From Octopus sinensis (lineage: Eukaryota), in NCBI RefSeq assembly GCF_006345805.1, contig NW_021823699.1:1-21635 (forward strand): a DNA stretch of 21,635 nt. The letters are read 5' to 3'. The notes beneath the pieces are model-generated. The model saw only the letters and a list, made by a program, of their open reading frames with translations. It was not told where the DNA came from and did not search any database. A program made the position numbers and the translations under genes. Positions 1-10,753 of this stretch are shown here, one piece after another (within the stretch, counting starts at the first letter, position 1; every line of letters begins with the position of its first letter).

Positions 1-1058
1 ATCAAATTTACGTGTCAAATGTATTTGAAGAGTCAGGAACCAGTCCTGCATTATCCGATTCTGGATTGTCCATTTATCTTCGCCAGTATATACGCAGTGA
101 AGCTTTACAATAGCGTCGTATTTGTATAGATTGCTATTTTCCAGTAAATATTAGTACCTTTTTGTATTACTCATCTGTTTATATATATACCGTGAAATAC
201 TCTCAAATATTGACCACCGCATCATGAAGACATTAAATTATTTGGTCTTAAAACATTATAACTCCCTCACTCCTAATGGAAGAGGCTATATTACAACTTT
301 TGAGTCGAATTGCAGCAACTTCTATGGCTTGCCTAAGATACACAAGTCAAAAGAAATATAAAATGCTATAAAGGAATAGTGAATACATAAAAACTACTAC
401 AGCAAAATACCTTAAACTAAGACCCATTGTAGCTGGTCCAGCCTGTCCTACATATTGTCTGAGCAACCTCCTTGACATTATTCTAAAACCTGTATGTAGT
501 CACACACCCAGTTTCAGTTGAGATGACATCGATTTCTTGTCACATCTGCCCAAAACAACATAATTCCGTTCATTGTTAGTTTTGATGTAACAGACTTATA
601 TACAAACATTCCACATGATTTGAGACTTACTGCCAGAAAATATTTGGCCCGAGAAACATAGTGAAGCGACCCCGTAGATTGCTGTAACATTCATACTAGA
701 TGCAGTCAGCCACGTCCTCAAAAAAAAAAAACATTCCTTTTCAATGGAAAAAACTACCTCCAAATTCGATGCACAACTATGAGCATTTGCTCCAGTTTTC
801 GTGAACTCAGCATTGGGATACTTGGAAAAAGCCTATATGAGAAAACCGACGAGAACTACGGCATTACTTTTAAAAGACATATAGAGGACACATGGAAAAG
901 ATACTTCGATGATTAATTCTTAATTTGGACCAAATCCCTAGAAAATCTGAAAGATTTCAGCACCCTCCTCAACACTCTATTCTCTAGTCTCAAATTCACA
1001 AGAAAAATGAGCAACACACAATTAGTCTTTCTTGGCACAATGGTACTTAAAAACAGCA

Positions 1059-1290
1059 AGGCGGCGAGCTCGCAGAAACGTTAGCGCGCCGGGCGAAATG
1101 CTTAGCGGTATTTCGTCTGCCGCTACGTTCTGAGTTCAAATTCCGCCGAGGTCGACTTTGTCTTTCATCCTTTCGGTGTCGATAAATTAAGTACCAGTTA
1201 CGCACTGGGGACGATGTAATCGACTTAATCCGTTTGTCTGTCCTTGTTTGTCCTCTCTGTGTTTATCCCCTTGTGGGTAGTAAAGAAATA
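1059..1290 (+). mobile_element. tRNA-derived SINE (head family C) inserted in the PLE RT
   Basis: Head GGCGGCGAGCT..., B-box-like GAGTTCAAATTCC, central AAGTACCAG...GGGGACGAT...TCGACT block. Flanked by a perfect 17-bp target site duplication GGTACTTAAAAACAGCA (1042-1058 and 1291-1307). Confidence 0.95.
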
Positions 1291-2360
1291 GGTACTTAAA
1301 AACAGCACATTTATTACAAAAGCACCGATGCCCAGCAATACCTAAATTTCAAATCATGCCACCCTACACACACAAAATGCAACATCCCGTACTGTCTAAC
1401 CAGGAAAATTTGTACTATAGTAGATGATCGAAATACTAGGAACACGCGACTTATAGAAATCAAAGAATTTCTGCTCAAGCAAAATTATCCTCTCCTACTT
1501 ATAGAAAATAGCATACAACGAGCAAACGAGAAACCTATAGAATAGCTTAGGGCAACACGAAGAAGACGAACCCATCATCGAAACACAATACCATTTCTAG
1601 TAACACACAATCCGCATCACCAAAACATATTTAACATCATCAAAACAAATTTACCAGTCATAAAACAAAGTGAAAAATTAAAATACATAATAACTAATCA
1701 AACACTTATCTTAAGCAAAAGGCAACCACATAATCTAAAGAAACTATTAACAAAGGCAAAATGCAACAGAAATGAAAACAGGATAACACATTCACAGCAT
1801 CCAAGTGTAATGATAACAAATGTGGAACGTGTCAATACATGCATTCTGGTAGATCCATTAGAATAGAAAATGGACAGATTTTGGCAAATGCAGATATGAA
1901 CTGCAAAAGTAGAAATTTGATCTACTGCAGTAAAATCCCCGAATTGCGATACAGGGAATGCATTATCGGAACGCTCACGAGTCCACAGAAACCAAATCCG
2001 GAACATCAATATTCGCCAAATTCCATTGAGCGAACATATAGAGACGTGGTCAGAAAATGTTTCTAATATTTCCTTTCCGCAAACTACGTGACACAAGTAA
2101 GGTTGGAAGAAAGATAAAAGAAAAATGGTTTATTAAAATGTTCAAACCTGTTTGGAATGGATATAACAGCAATAATATAACAGCCAGTTAATGATGTGGA
2201 TTAATAGACATAAACAAGTTACAGAATATCGGTACGCCTGACAAACCATGATGTTTAAGAGCATGCGGATTGATCAAAAAGGTATTCTAAAAATTCAGCT
2301 GATTGGAGCGTTCTAAGAGGTACTAAAAGTTGTCAAGAATTCAACTGTCAGTTAAACACA

Positions 2361-2404
2361 TTTTCAATCTGATGAGTACAGTATGTATGAAAGCGCTAAT
2401 TTTG
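2361..2404 (+). ncRNA. Degenerate minimal type I hammerhead ribozyme in the PLE 3' pseudo-LTR
   Basis: CTGATGA (2369-2375), stem II GTACA-gta-TGTAT (G.T at the core-closing pair), GAAA (2389-2392), palindromic AGCGCT stem III, CTA triplet. Stem I keeps only 3 bp (AAT/ATT). Confidence 0.7.
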
Positions 2405-2487
2405 TTAAAATATAATAATTAAAAAAAACTTTATTTAACTGATATTGTTATTCTATACACATTCACACAAATTCGAAACACTAAATA

Positions 2488-2490
<3 letters not shown>

Positions 2491-2565
<75 letters not shown>

Positions 2566-2631
2566 GAAGAGTGAGAGAGGGAGAGAGGAAGAGAGTGCTA
2601 GATAGATAGACAGATAGATAGATAGATAGAT

Positions 2632-2681
<50 letters not shown>

Positions 2682-2743
2682 TAATAGATAGACAGATAGA
2701 CATACAGACAGATAAATAGATAGATATATAGATAGATATAGAC

Positions 2744-2794
<51 letters not shown>

Positions 2795-2831
2795 GAGATA
2801 GATAGATAGACAGACAGACAGACTGACAGAC

Positions 2832-2908
<77 letters not shown>

Positions 2909-2909
2909 T
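2491..2909. repeat. Compound microsatellite (TC)n-(TA)n-(GA)n followed by long (GATA)n
   Basis: Read directly from the sequence. It explains the IYLS-repeat ORFs in the ORF track. Confidence 0.98.
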
Positions 2910-3044
2910 AATGTTACCTGAGGAAGGTTTGCGAAATGGACGCATTTCCTCTTACATATCACGCATGCCAGAAAGGTATGTATTAAATGGTTTCAAAAAT
3001 CACTGTTTGGCTTGACTTCATTATTACAATATATATATATACAA

Positions 3045-3047
<3 letters not shown>

Positions 3048-3098
<51 letters not shown>

Positions 3099-3131
3099 AG
3101 AGAGAGAGAGAGAGAGTGAGTGAGTGAGTGA
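3048..3131. repeat. (TG)n-(AG)n-(TGAG)n microsatellite
   Basis: Read directly from the sequence. Confidence 0.95.
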
Positions 3132-3799
3132 GCGCTTCCCTTTGGAAATTCGAGCTACCAGATATGGAGAATCAAACTTACAACCTAAGCCCTAAATAAC
3201 GGTTTTAATAAAGTAGAACTTATGAAACGACGTAGTCTCAGGTGTAGAGGAAGAAGGAGAAAAGTTGTACTGGTTACAGTCTGGAAGACCTTTCATCGTG
3301 GGGTTACTGGTTCAGAAATGACCTTGCTACAAACACTCGGTCCACGCTTTCGGTCTGATAAACGATAGCACCAACACATATTGTTACTCTGACTTTCCAC
3401 ACAGATTCTAGGATATCGCTCCACTCCCATCTCTTTCCCATACCAGTCACGGAATTCCTTTCCTACTGTGGATAAACCATACAAAAAGCGAAAAAAAAAA
3501 CCCCAAATAATAAATAGATAAAGATAAAAACAGTAGGGTGTCTTTATGGGTACCAAACTCAGAAGTTATTTTACCGTTTTATTACCTGTTTGTATATGGT
3601 ATTTTGGATCGAAATCTGACATCTTTACAGCATCGCAGTTCCACTGGAATGGGAATATAAAATTTGATATCTCAAGACCTCGCTGTTACAAACACAACCC
3701 CGTCTGTTTATTTTGTTTTTATGATAAATTTATGTTGGCAAAATAGAGGCAAGTTACCTAACATGATACTTCAATACAGATATTTATATACTTACAAAT

Positions 3800-3840
3800 A
3801 CACACCTACACACACGCGCGCGCACACGCACACGCACACG

Positions 3841-3874
<34 letters not shown>

Positions 3875-3968
3875 CATAGCATTAAACTCACGCCGTCACC
3901 ATATAGATGTATGTGTGTATGTGTATGTGTAAATAATGAATGTGTGCGTGTCTGTGCGTATGTGTATG

Positions 3969-4001
<33 letters not shown>

Positions 4002-4135
4002 TGTAGATGGCTTATTAACAATTTTAAAACCTAATACATACATATATGTACATGTATGTATGTATGTGTATGCATATATAGATATATATGTGTTTGTGTG
4101 TGTGCGTGTGTGTATGTGTATATGTATGTATATCT
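3800..4135. repeat. Compound (CA)n/(TA)n/(TG)n/(TATG)n microsatellite patch
   Basis: Read directly from the sequence. Confidence 0.9.
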
Positions 4136-4182
4136 ACAAGTTTTTTTCATTTTCTCTCTGTTTATTTTCTTTTATTCCTTTG

Positions 4183-4302
4183 TTTTGAAGAGCATAGGCT
4201 CGAAACGTAAAAGACTTTTTCATTTTCCCGAGCGTTAAACTAATACACCTGCTGTTGTTCATACAGCTCTCTTTTGTTTTTTACTTTTCTATAAATTCAA
4301 CA

Positions 4303-4306
<4 letters not shown>
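4183..4306 (+). mobile_element. PLE pseudo-LTR-like fragment with decayed minimal hammerhead
   Basis: TGAA-GAGC-atag-GCTC-GAAA-CGTA (4186-4209) gives a 4-bp stem II, GAAA, palindromic ACGT stem III and a GTA triplet. The CTGA part of the core is mutated and stem I is poor. The fragment ends at a (TA)n tract (4307-4370). Confidence 0.55.
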
Positions 4307-4370
<64 letters not shown>

Positions 4371-4371
<1 letters not shown>

Positions 4372-4475
4372 CGGTAAGCTTTATGAAAAAGACAAAGACG
4401 AAGGCAGGTTACGGAAATAAACAAAAGACGAAGGCAGGTGGAATACAAACAAACAATTGTATTAGTATGATACTC
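4371..4475 (-). repeat. Repeat fragment related to the 3' part of the 4183-4306 element, opposite orientation
   Basis: The reverse complement contains ACTAATACA...TTGTT...TCTTTTGTTT, which is also present at ~4233-4290. It has an internal duplication of AAAGACGAAGGCAGGT. Confidence 0.4.
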
Positions 4476-4804
4476 TTTACTCTTTTTACTCTTTTACTTG
4501 TTTCAGGCATTTGATTTCGGCCATGCTGGAGCACCGCCTTTAGTCGAGCAACTCGAGACCCCGAGACTTATTCTTTGTAAGCCTAGTACTTATTCTATCG
4601 TCTCTTTTGCCAAACCGCTAAGCTACGGGGACGTAAACACACCAGCATCGGTTGTCAAGCGATGCTGGGGGTGGAGACAAACACACACACACACAATATA
4701 TATTTATATACATATACATACATAGGACGGGCTTCTAAATCCACTCACAAGGCTTTGGTCGGTCCGAGGCTAAGCAAGCTACTTACCACACAGCCACTCC
4801 TGCG

Positions 4805-4806
<2 letters not shown>
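4472..4806 (-). mobile_element. tRNA-derived SINE family A, internally deleted
   Basis: Reverse complement of the 8727-9148 family (head GGCGCAGGAGTGGCTGTGTGG, tail CTGAAACAAGTAAAAGAG). The B-box segment is deleted. Confidence 0.9.
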
Positions 4807-4839
<33 letters not shown>

Positions 4840-5094
4840 TATGAAGGAAAATATAATATGATATAAATTTGGGTGAATGCCTCTTTCAATACGCTTTGAA
4901 AATAGAGCCCAACTTTATCCTGTACATTATCCAGTTCATATCACGGCAGTCCTTAGATATTGTTACTCATTTCTAATGACAAGTACAATTTGTAAATCCG
5001 ATTCACAAATTATTTTGGGTGCATTAATCACGGAGGATATTGGAAAGTAAAAAACATAAAGAATGAAATGCAATTTCAACGGTTTATTTAATTT

Positions 5095-5514
5095 ACAGTC
5101 GAACCAATTCTACTACATGGCTCAGAAACCTGGACGTTATCAAAGAAGCTTGAGAGGCGGTTGGATGGAACCTACACTCGCCTCCTTATGAGAGCTCAAA
5201 ATCTCTCGTGGAAGCGTCATCCAACCAAAATGCAAATATATGGGAAATTACCACCTGTATCATCTCTTGTGAAAGGTAGAAGAGTCCAGTTTGCTGGACA
5301 TTGTTGTAGAGCTGAAAACGAGGTAATTTCTACTCTTCTCCTCTGGAGGCCATCTACTCGCAATACCAGAGGGCGCACACTCTCCTACCCTGATGTAATC
5401 TCCAGGGATACAGGCATCCAGCAACAGGACCTCCGTAATGCTATGATGGACCGTGAAGTCTGGCGTAACATAGTAAATTCCATTGTCTCGACATGGTCGA
5501 ACAACGATGATGAT
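5095..5514 (+). mobile_element. 5'-truncated RTE-clade LINE, ORF C-terminus and tail
   Basis: TVEPILLHGSETWTLSKKLERRLDG...RRVQFAGHCCRA...AMMDREVWRNIV is a typical RTE C-terminus. A TCGAC-atg-GTCGA hairpin (5488-5500) precedes a (GAT)3 tail. Confidence 0.9.
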
Positions 5515-5754
5515 AATAGTTTACACGTGTTGCAAATAGCACAGCACAATGCAAGCGTTGCATTCATTAAAATATGGATATTTAACTGATTCTTCAATTC
5601 ATCGATAAATTCGACAGAAACACGTAGTCTCTAACTGCAAAGCTATTTCTTTCAAAATGTTTCTACGCGCGCGTGCGCATACACGCACACACATACACAT
5701 ATATACTCACGCAAACACACGCACATACACAAACACAGACAAAATTTACATAGG

Positions 5755-6148
5755 GGCGCAGGCGTAGCTGTATGGTAAAAAATCTTGCTACCCATGTATA
5801 TGGTTCACGATTCAGTCCCACTGCATGGCCTCTTGAGCAAGTGTCTTCTATTATAGCCTCGGGCCAACTAAAACCTTGTGAGAGGATTTGGTAGACGGAA
5901 ACTGAAAGAAGCCTGTCGTATATATACTATATGTGTATATTTAAATGTTTGCGTGTGTTTGTGTCTGTTTGTCCTCCACCACTGTTGTTGGTGTGTTTAC
6001 TCCCCGCAACTTAACAGTTCGGCAAAGGAGAATAACAGAATAAGTACTAGGCTTTAAAAAATATGTTCTGGGATTCGATCCGTTTGATCGTTTGACTAAA
6101 ATCTTCCATGGCCGCAATCAAATGGCTGAAACAAATAAAAGATAAAAA

Positions 6149-6150
<2 letters not shown>
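5755..6150 (+). mobile_element. tRNA-derived SINE family A, diverged copy
   Basis: Colinear with 8727-9148: head, TTCAGTCCCACT B-box region, GGTAGACGGAAACTGAAAGAAG, internal TA/TG tract, CTGAAACAAATAAAA tail. Confidence 0.9.
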
Positions 6151-6181
<31 letters not shown>

Positions 6182-6351
6182 TGAGTGTGTTTGTATGTGT
6201 GTGTCTTTATACACACTTATATATGCTAACATACACACACACACGCACACATAAACACATGCAAACAAACACACACATACACACATACACGCACATACAC
6301 ATCAGTACGTATGTGCATAAGAATATATGTATATGGCATACGTCGGTTTAT

Positions 6352-7290
6352 ATACAAAATATTCCGAAAGAATATTAAATAGAATAGATGGAATATTAGA
6401 AACAAAGAAGAGATCATTAGAAAAGGCATTGTAACAAACGTGTTCGCGGTGAGAATCCCTCTCAACCAATTCTTCAACGCGAAGCACGAAGTTTGAATTT
6501 TCAGAGCTATGGTGCGTGCTCGTGCTCTAAGACACGAATGAATGAAAGACACTCGGCTGGTGATGGTTCAACATGGTCCCTAAAGAACCAAAATTCACTC
6601 TTTGGTGGACAAAAATGGTCGTATGCCACTCTAGTTCAGCCAGATGAGTTTGTCATTTCATCAGGACTTCGCTCGACAGTTTGAAAAAAATGACGGACCG
6701 AAACAAAGGGTAACAAATAAACTTTTGCCCATATCTCTTCTACTAAAGGCAAATTTCAAAATTTTGTCCTAAGTAATAGTGAAGGTTATAGTGTTTTTCG
6801 TCGAGAGACTGATTGGTGATGCACAAAACATGAGCCATCCCAAGAAGATCTATTCGCAACAACCTCCACCTCATGCGATACATCATAGAAAAGGTGGGTA
6901 AAGAATGGATGGGGCGCTTATCAATTTGGATCGATCAAAATCCTTCGATTGGGTCGACCACCAGTATTTTGAAGCCGTTTACACAATGGTCGGATTAGGT
7001 TCCCTCTTCTGCTACAGAATTACCGCAATGTACAGTGACATCTGCTCGGTAGGTTGGGTGAATGGTTACCTATGGGAACCATTCACTATTACCCGTTCCC
7101 CTCTCTTCTATATGTACTAACTCTAAAACATCTACTGTGAAAACTGAAGTCGTTGAGGTGCATCCCACGCGAACACTAGGATGCGAAAGAACCGTACAGA
7201 CATATGCAGTCGATGCCATCGTCATTGTGTCAACCACCAAGCGCATAGACGCTTCTCTAAAACAATACGAGGCGATGACAGAAACAAAAA
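6352..7290 (+). mobile_element. Decayed L1/Tx1-clade LINE ORF2 fragment with internal deletion
   Basis: Linker-like NQFFNAKHE..RAMVRARAL and IHSLVDKNG (6465-6620). RT motifs RRSIRNNLHLMRYII, ALINLDRSKSFDWVDHQY, PLLYVL (the QGCPL motif is deleted) and TYAVD (decayed YADD). Confidence 0.8.
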
Positions 7291-7419
7291 CTCGGCACTT
7301 AGAGAGACAAGTCCAAGCTATTCAATAACGCTGTGCGAAGCTGAACCGGCAATGCGGTTAATTTAAAGAAACTTTTGGTGAAAGCGAGGATAATTTTTCA
7401 GCTTCAACTTGTACATTTT

Positions 7420-7755
7420 ACTATGAAATCTGTTTCAGAAATTTTTTTCAGGAGTAAACAACAGGCCGCAGTAATGAGTAATTTTATTCCCATAGAAATA
7501 CATTTCAGTAATTGATTTGTTGTGACATGTAGCTTTGGTAAAACTTATCAAAAGCCGATATAAGCACAAAGTAACCTACACTTTTTGTTATGACAAGTCA
7601 ACTTGTTGTGATTTATTTCATAAACCTTTGTCTAAACTCAGTTTATCACTGAAGTTCTCATGGGAAATATTACGGTGAGAAAAGATGTTTCACCTGCGTA
7701 AGTCGTCATTGGCATTCACCTTTACTACAACATGAAAAAGTTTATGAACCATGAA
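7420..7755 (+). repeat. Unclassified ~330-bp dispersed direct repeat, copy 1
   Basis: Shares TGACATGT, GTAAC, ACAAGTCAAC, CTAAACTCAGTTTAT (7632), TTCTCATGGGAAA and AAAGTTTA blocks, in the same order, with copies 2-4. Confidence 0.9.
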
Positions 7756-8174
7756 GGAACGCTTGGGGTTAACATGCGAATACGTTTATAGCCATGCTCT
7801 TAGAAATAGAAGTGAAATTTCTCTCAAATAGAAGCTATGTTCTTTAAAATATATAACATAATACAAATGCAAATTTATATATCATGTCAACAAAATAATG
7901 ATGATGCTGATGATTACAACGATGAGGAAGATTATTCTTATGAATGTTGGTGAACCCCATACAAGATTTCACTGGGAACACTCCTATATTTCCTTTTCCA
8001 AGTGCGTTATATTGTTTATATGATATAACAAGAAGACGAAAGTGAAAGAAACACATTGCATCGCATAAATCATAACCAAGATGAGTGGATATTGATAGAT
8101 GTGTAGACTGTGGTCATTTTGATTTTTCTTTTGCTGCTGCTTATATTAAACTTCATGAATACCACTTCATCATA

Positions 8175-8361
8175 GGCGCAGAAGTGGCTGTGAGGTTAGA
8201 AACTTGCTTACCAACCACATGGTTACGGGTTCAGTCCCACTGCGTAGCACCTTGGGAAAGTGTCTTCTGCTATAGCCTCGAGCCGACCAAAGCCTTGTGA
8301 GTGGATTTGGTAGACGGAAACTGAAAGAAGGCCGTCGCATATATGTATATATATATATATG

Positions 8362-8396
<35 letters not shown>

Positions 8397-8598
8397 ATGT
8401 TTGTGTGTGTGGTGTGTGTGTATGTTTGTGTGTGTTTGTCCCCCGAACATTGCGGTTCGACAAAAGAGACAGTTAGAATAAGTACTAGGCTTACAAAGAA
8501 TAAGTCCCGGGGTCGATTTGCTCGACTAAAGGCGGTGCTCCAGCATGGCCGCAGTCAAATGACTGAAACAAGTAAAAGAATAAAAGAATAAAAGAATA
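8175..8598 (+). mobile_element. tRNA-derived SINE family A
   Basis: A-box-like TGGCTGTGAGG, B-box-like GGTTCAGTCCC, internal (TA)n(TG)n, (TAAAAGAA)n tail. Confidence 0.95.
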
Positions 8599-8726
8599 CG
8601 ATCAGCCACGAGATCTTGGATGAGATTTTGCTGAGCATGGCTTTCAAGTCATTTAATCTGCCAGAAATATATCTTCAACTACATACAGAACTTGTATTTC
8701 GCTACAGTTTATATAGATTAATCACA

Positions 8727-8897
8727 GGCGCAGGAGTGGCTGTGTGGTAAGTAGCTTGCTTACCAGCCACATGGTTCCAGGTTCAGTCCCACTGTGTGGC
8801 ACCTTGGGCAAGTGTCTTCTGCTATAGCCCCGGGCCGACCAATGCGTTGAGAGTGGATTTGGTAGACGGAAACTGAAAGAAGCCTGTCGTATATATG

Positions 8898-8948
<51 letters not shown>

Positions 8949-9148
8949 TTGTCCCCCTAGCATTGCTTCACAACCAATGCTGCGTGTTTACGTCCCCGTT
9001 ACTTAGCGGTTCGGCAAAAGAGACCAATAGAATAAGTACTGGGCTTACAAAGAATAAGTCCCGGGGTCGATTTGCTCGACTAAAGGCAGTGCTCCACCAT
9101 GGCCGCAGTCAAATGACTGAAACAAGTAAAAGAGTAAAGAGTAAAGAG
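8727..9148 (+). mobile_element. tRNA-derived SINE family A, near full length
   Basis: A-box-like TGGCTGTGTGG, B-box-like GGTTCAGTCCC, internal (TA)n, (GTAAAGA)n tail. Confidence 0.95.
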
Positions 9149-9159
9149 AGGTCAGTAGT

Positions 9160-9577
9160 GAATAAAAGTCATATGGTATTTAAGTCTCTGGTCCTCCCTA
9201 TTTTGGTCTATAGTTGTGATTCTTGAACACTGTCTAAGTGCTGCTTGAACTACCTTGGTTCTACAGGTTACCATTGGTTGGATTTTATTTGTATGATTCG
9301 GAAGCGTCGGCTCAGACCGTTTGGTTCTGTTGATCTATTTTCTAATTAGATCCTACGTATCATGTTCTCTAATCTGAGAATTCGGCTGGGATGACGGCTC
9401 ATGTTGATCGGCCAATTGCCTCATGGTAACGATGGATGAGGAAGTATTTTATAGAGGTGGGAACTGGGACACTTATCGAGGGGTTGTTCGAGAAGACTCG
9501 AGCAAATACTAAGAAATAGTTGATGTAGTGACGTGCTGCAATGGCGCATGACCCCCCCCCCCATAATTAACCTTACC
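9160..9577 (+). mobile_element. Old RTE-clade LINE 3' fragment
   Basis: VFKSLVLPILVYSCDS*TLSK...GYHWLDF..MIRKRRLRPFG resembles the RTE C-terminus (LxPxLLYGCETWTL; RxRxLRxxGH). It ends in CCCATA...ACCTTACC. Confidence 0.7.
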
Positions 9578-10124
9578 AGCTCTGACTGCACCTTCATTTG
9601 TTTTCACACAAGCTTTCTAGTACTACCGTTTCCAGTGATTATTCTTTGTGGTCATTTAGCCGTAGTTCATCCCTGATCTAACACACATATGATCTAAGTA
9701 CCATGATCAGTCTGTTTTTTTTTCTGAATAGTTCCAAATGTGGCCATCTCTTTTATTCAAATATACATTACCTACATTTTTCTAATGGGACTACATTATC
9801 CAATGTGTCCTTCCTTCTTGTAGATTAGCGCCTTATTAGTCCTGATCCCGCAGATCTATGATCAAAGTTGACCCAGCTGTAATTACCTTCATCGTTTCTT
9901 TTAAACGATCAATCAGACTTATGGCGAAAATCATCTCCTGTTGTGACAATGTTATCTTTTATTCAAACCTGGTGTACTCAGACATTAGTTCTTGTTTAGC
10001 AGAATTATGATCATAGATACTAGCGCTGTGACCGTCCTGAATTTTAATCAGAAAGAATGCATCTCAGTGCACAGATTCTAACATGCCTTTTCTTGTCGAT
10101 GACGTCCGACCCTAGGTCCATTGT

Positions 10125-10422
10125 CACGTGACGTCACGTGACCGACCAGGCTATCTAATTTTGGTATAAATCGCTGGTCACAATGCGATTCGCATTGTTT
10201 TAGCCTTCAAATGACGCCACCCCGCTAGCTAAGTGAGCAGGACAACAGAAGGAAGAGTGAGAGAAAGTTGTGGGGAAAGAGTACAGCAGGGATCGCCGCC
10301 CCCTGCCGGACTTCGTGGAGCTTTAGGTGCTTTCGCTCAATAAACACTCACAACGCCCGGTTTGGGAATCGAAACCGCGATCCCACGACCGTGAGTCCGC
10401 TGCCCTAACCATTGGGCCATTG
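10125..10422 (-). mobile_element. tRNA-derived SINE family B
   Basis: Reverse complement of 12051-12350. A CCATTGT direct repeat at 10118-10124 and 10417-10423 may be the TSD. Confidence 0.93.
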
Positions 10423-10537
10423 TATTATCACTATTATAGATCTAGTGGGTTGCCATCGTCCAACAAATTTCCGCCCGTGACCCTCATGCACAACAGAGAA
10501 TAATCTGTTTCTTTTTTTACTTTTTTATTGAGACATA

Positions 10538-10753
10538 CGAGTAGGTGCAGAAAAGTTCCTGGTTTTGGGTAAAAGAAAACAAAAGTAGATCGGTTAATTG
10601 CAATTTCATCCAACATATTCCCCTCTCAGATTCACAGACTTATTGCAGCGATTCTTCAGTTTTTCTAATCCCTGTAAAAGACTTCGGAAAGCTGGGCCTC
10701 CAGCCAAGCCTTTTGCGATTCCTTTGAAGCCAGAAACTTTTCAGTATCTCCTA
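10538..10753. mobile_element. Tc1/mariner-type MITE
   Basis: Imperfect ~28-bp TIRs CGAGTAGGTGCAGAAAAGTTCCTGGTTT and AAGCCAGAAACTTTTCAGTATCTCC. TA at the left boundary (10536-10537) and TA at the right end. No ORF. Confidence 0.75.

Larger units (their letters stand above)
200..2485 (+). mobile_element. Decayed Penelope-like element (RT + GIY-YIG endonuclease), Neptune-like, interrupted by a SINE
   Basis: Manual translation across frameshifts and stops gives PLE RT motifs NFYGLPKIHKS (317-349), RPIVAGPACPTYCLSNLLDIILKP (420-491), SFDVTDLYTNIPH (578-616) and WKRYFDD (893-913). After the SINE come the thumb region IYYKSTDAQQYLNFKSCHP, a Cys-rich linker KCNDNKCGTC, the GIY-YIG region NCKSRNLIYC...TGNALSERSRVHR, and a C-terminal EKWFIKMFKPVWN ending near 2191. 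An HHR-like motif follows in the 3' region. The 5' boundary is approximate; the clade call rests on the linker Cys motif. Confidence 0.92.

Noticed and set aside
2518-2962. ORFs of IYLS/YI/CV/HT repeats here and throughout the ORF track
   Set aside because: They are translations of (GATA)n, (TA)n, (TG)n and (CATA)n microsatellites or of SINE bodies, not genes.
3293-3556. Minus-strand ORF (GKEFRDWYGKEMGVERYPR) preceded by an acceptor-like tract
   Set aside because: No recognisable domain, no convincing donor, and equally plausible acceptor-like signals on the + strand.
7490-7700. Repeat unit as a NUMT (TGA read as Trp) or an LRR exon on the minus strand
   Set aside because: TAA/TAG stops remain under the mitochondrial code, there is no resemblance to a mitochondrial protein I recognise, and minus-strand frames are broken in every copy.
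7660-7750. GEK..C..C...L.QH pattern suggesting a C2H2 zinc finger in repeat copy 1
   Set aside because: The spacing is wrong and the Cys/His positions are not kept in copies 2-4.
8730-8795. tRNA-like A/B boxes in SINE heads
   Set aside because: These are SINE promoters with no cloverleaf or acceptor stem, so they were not called as tRNA genes.
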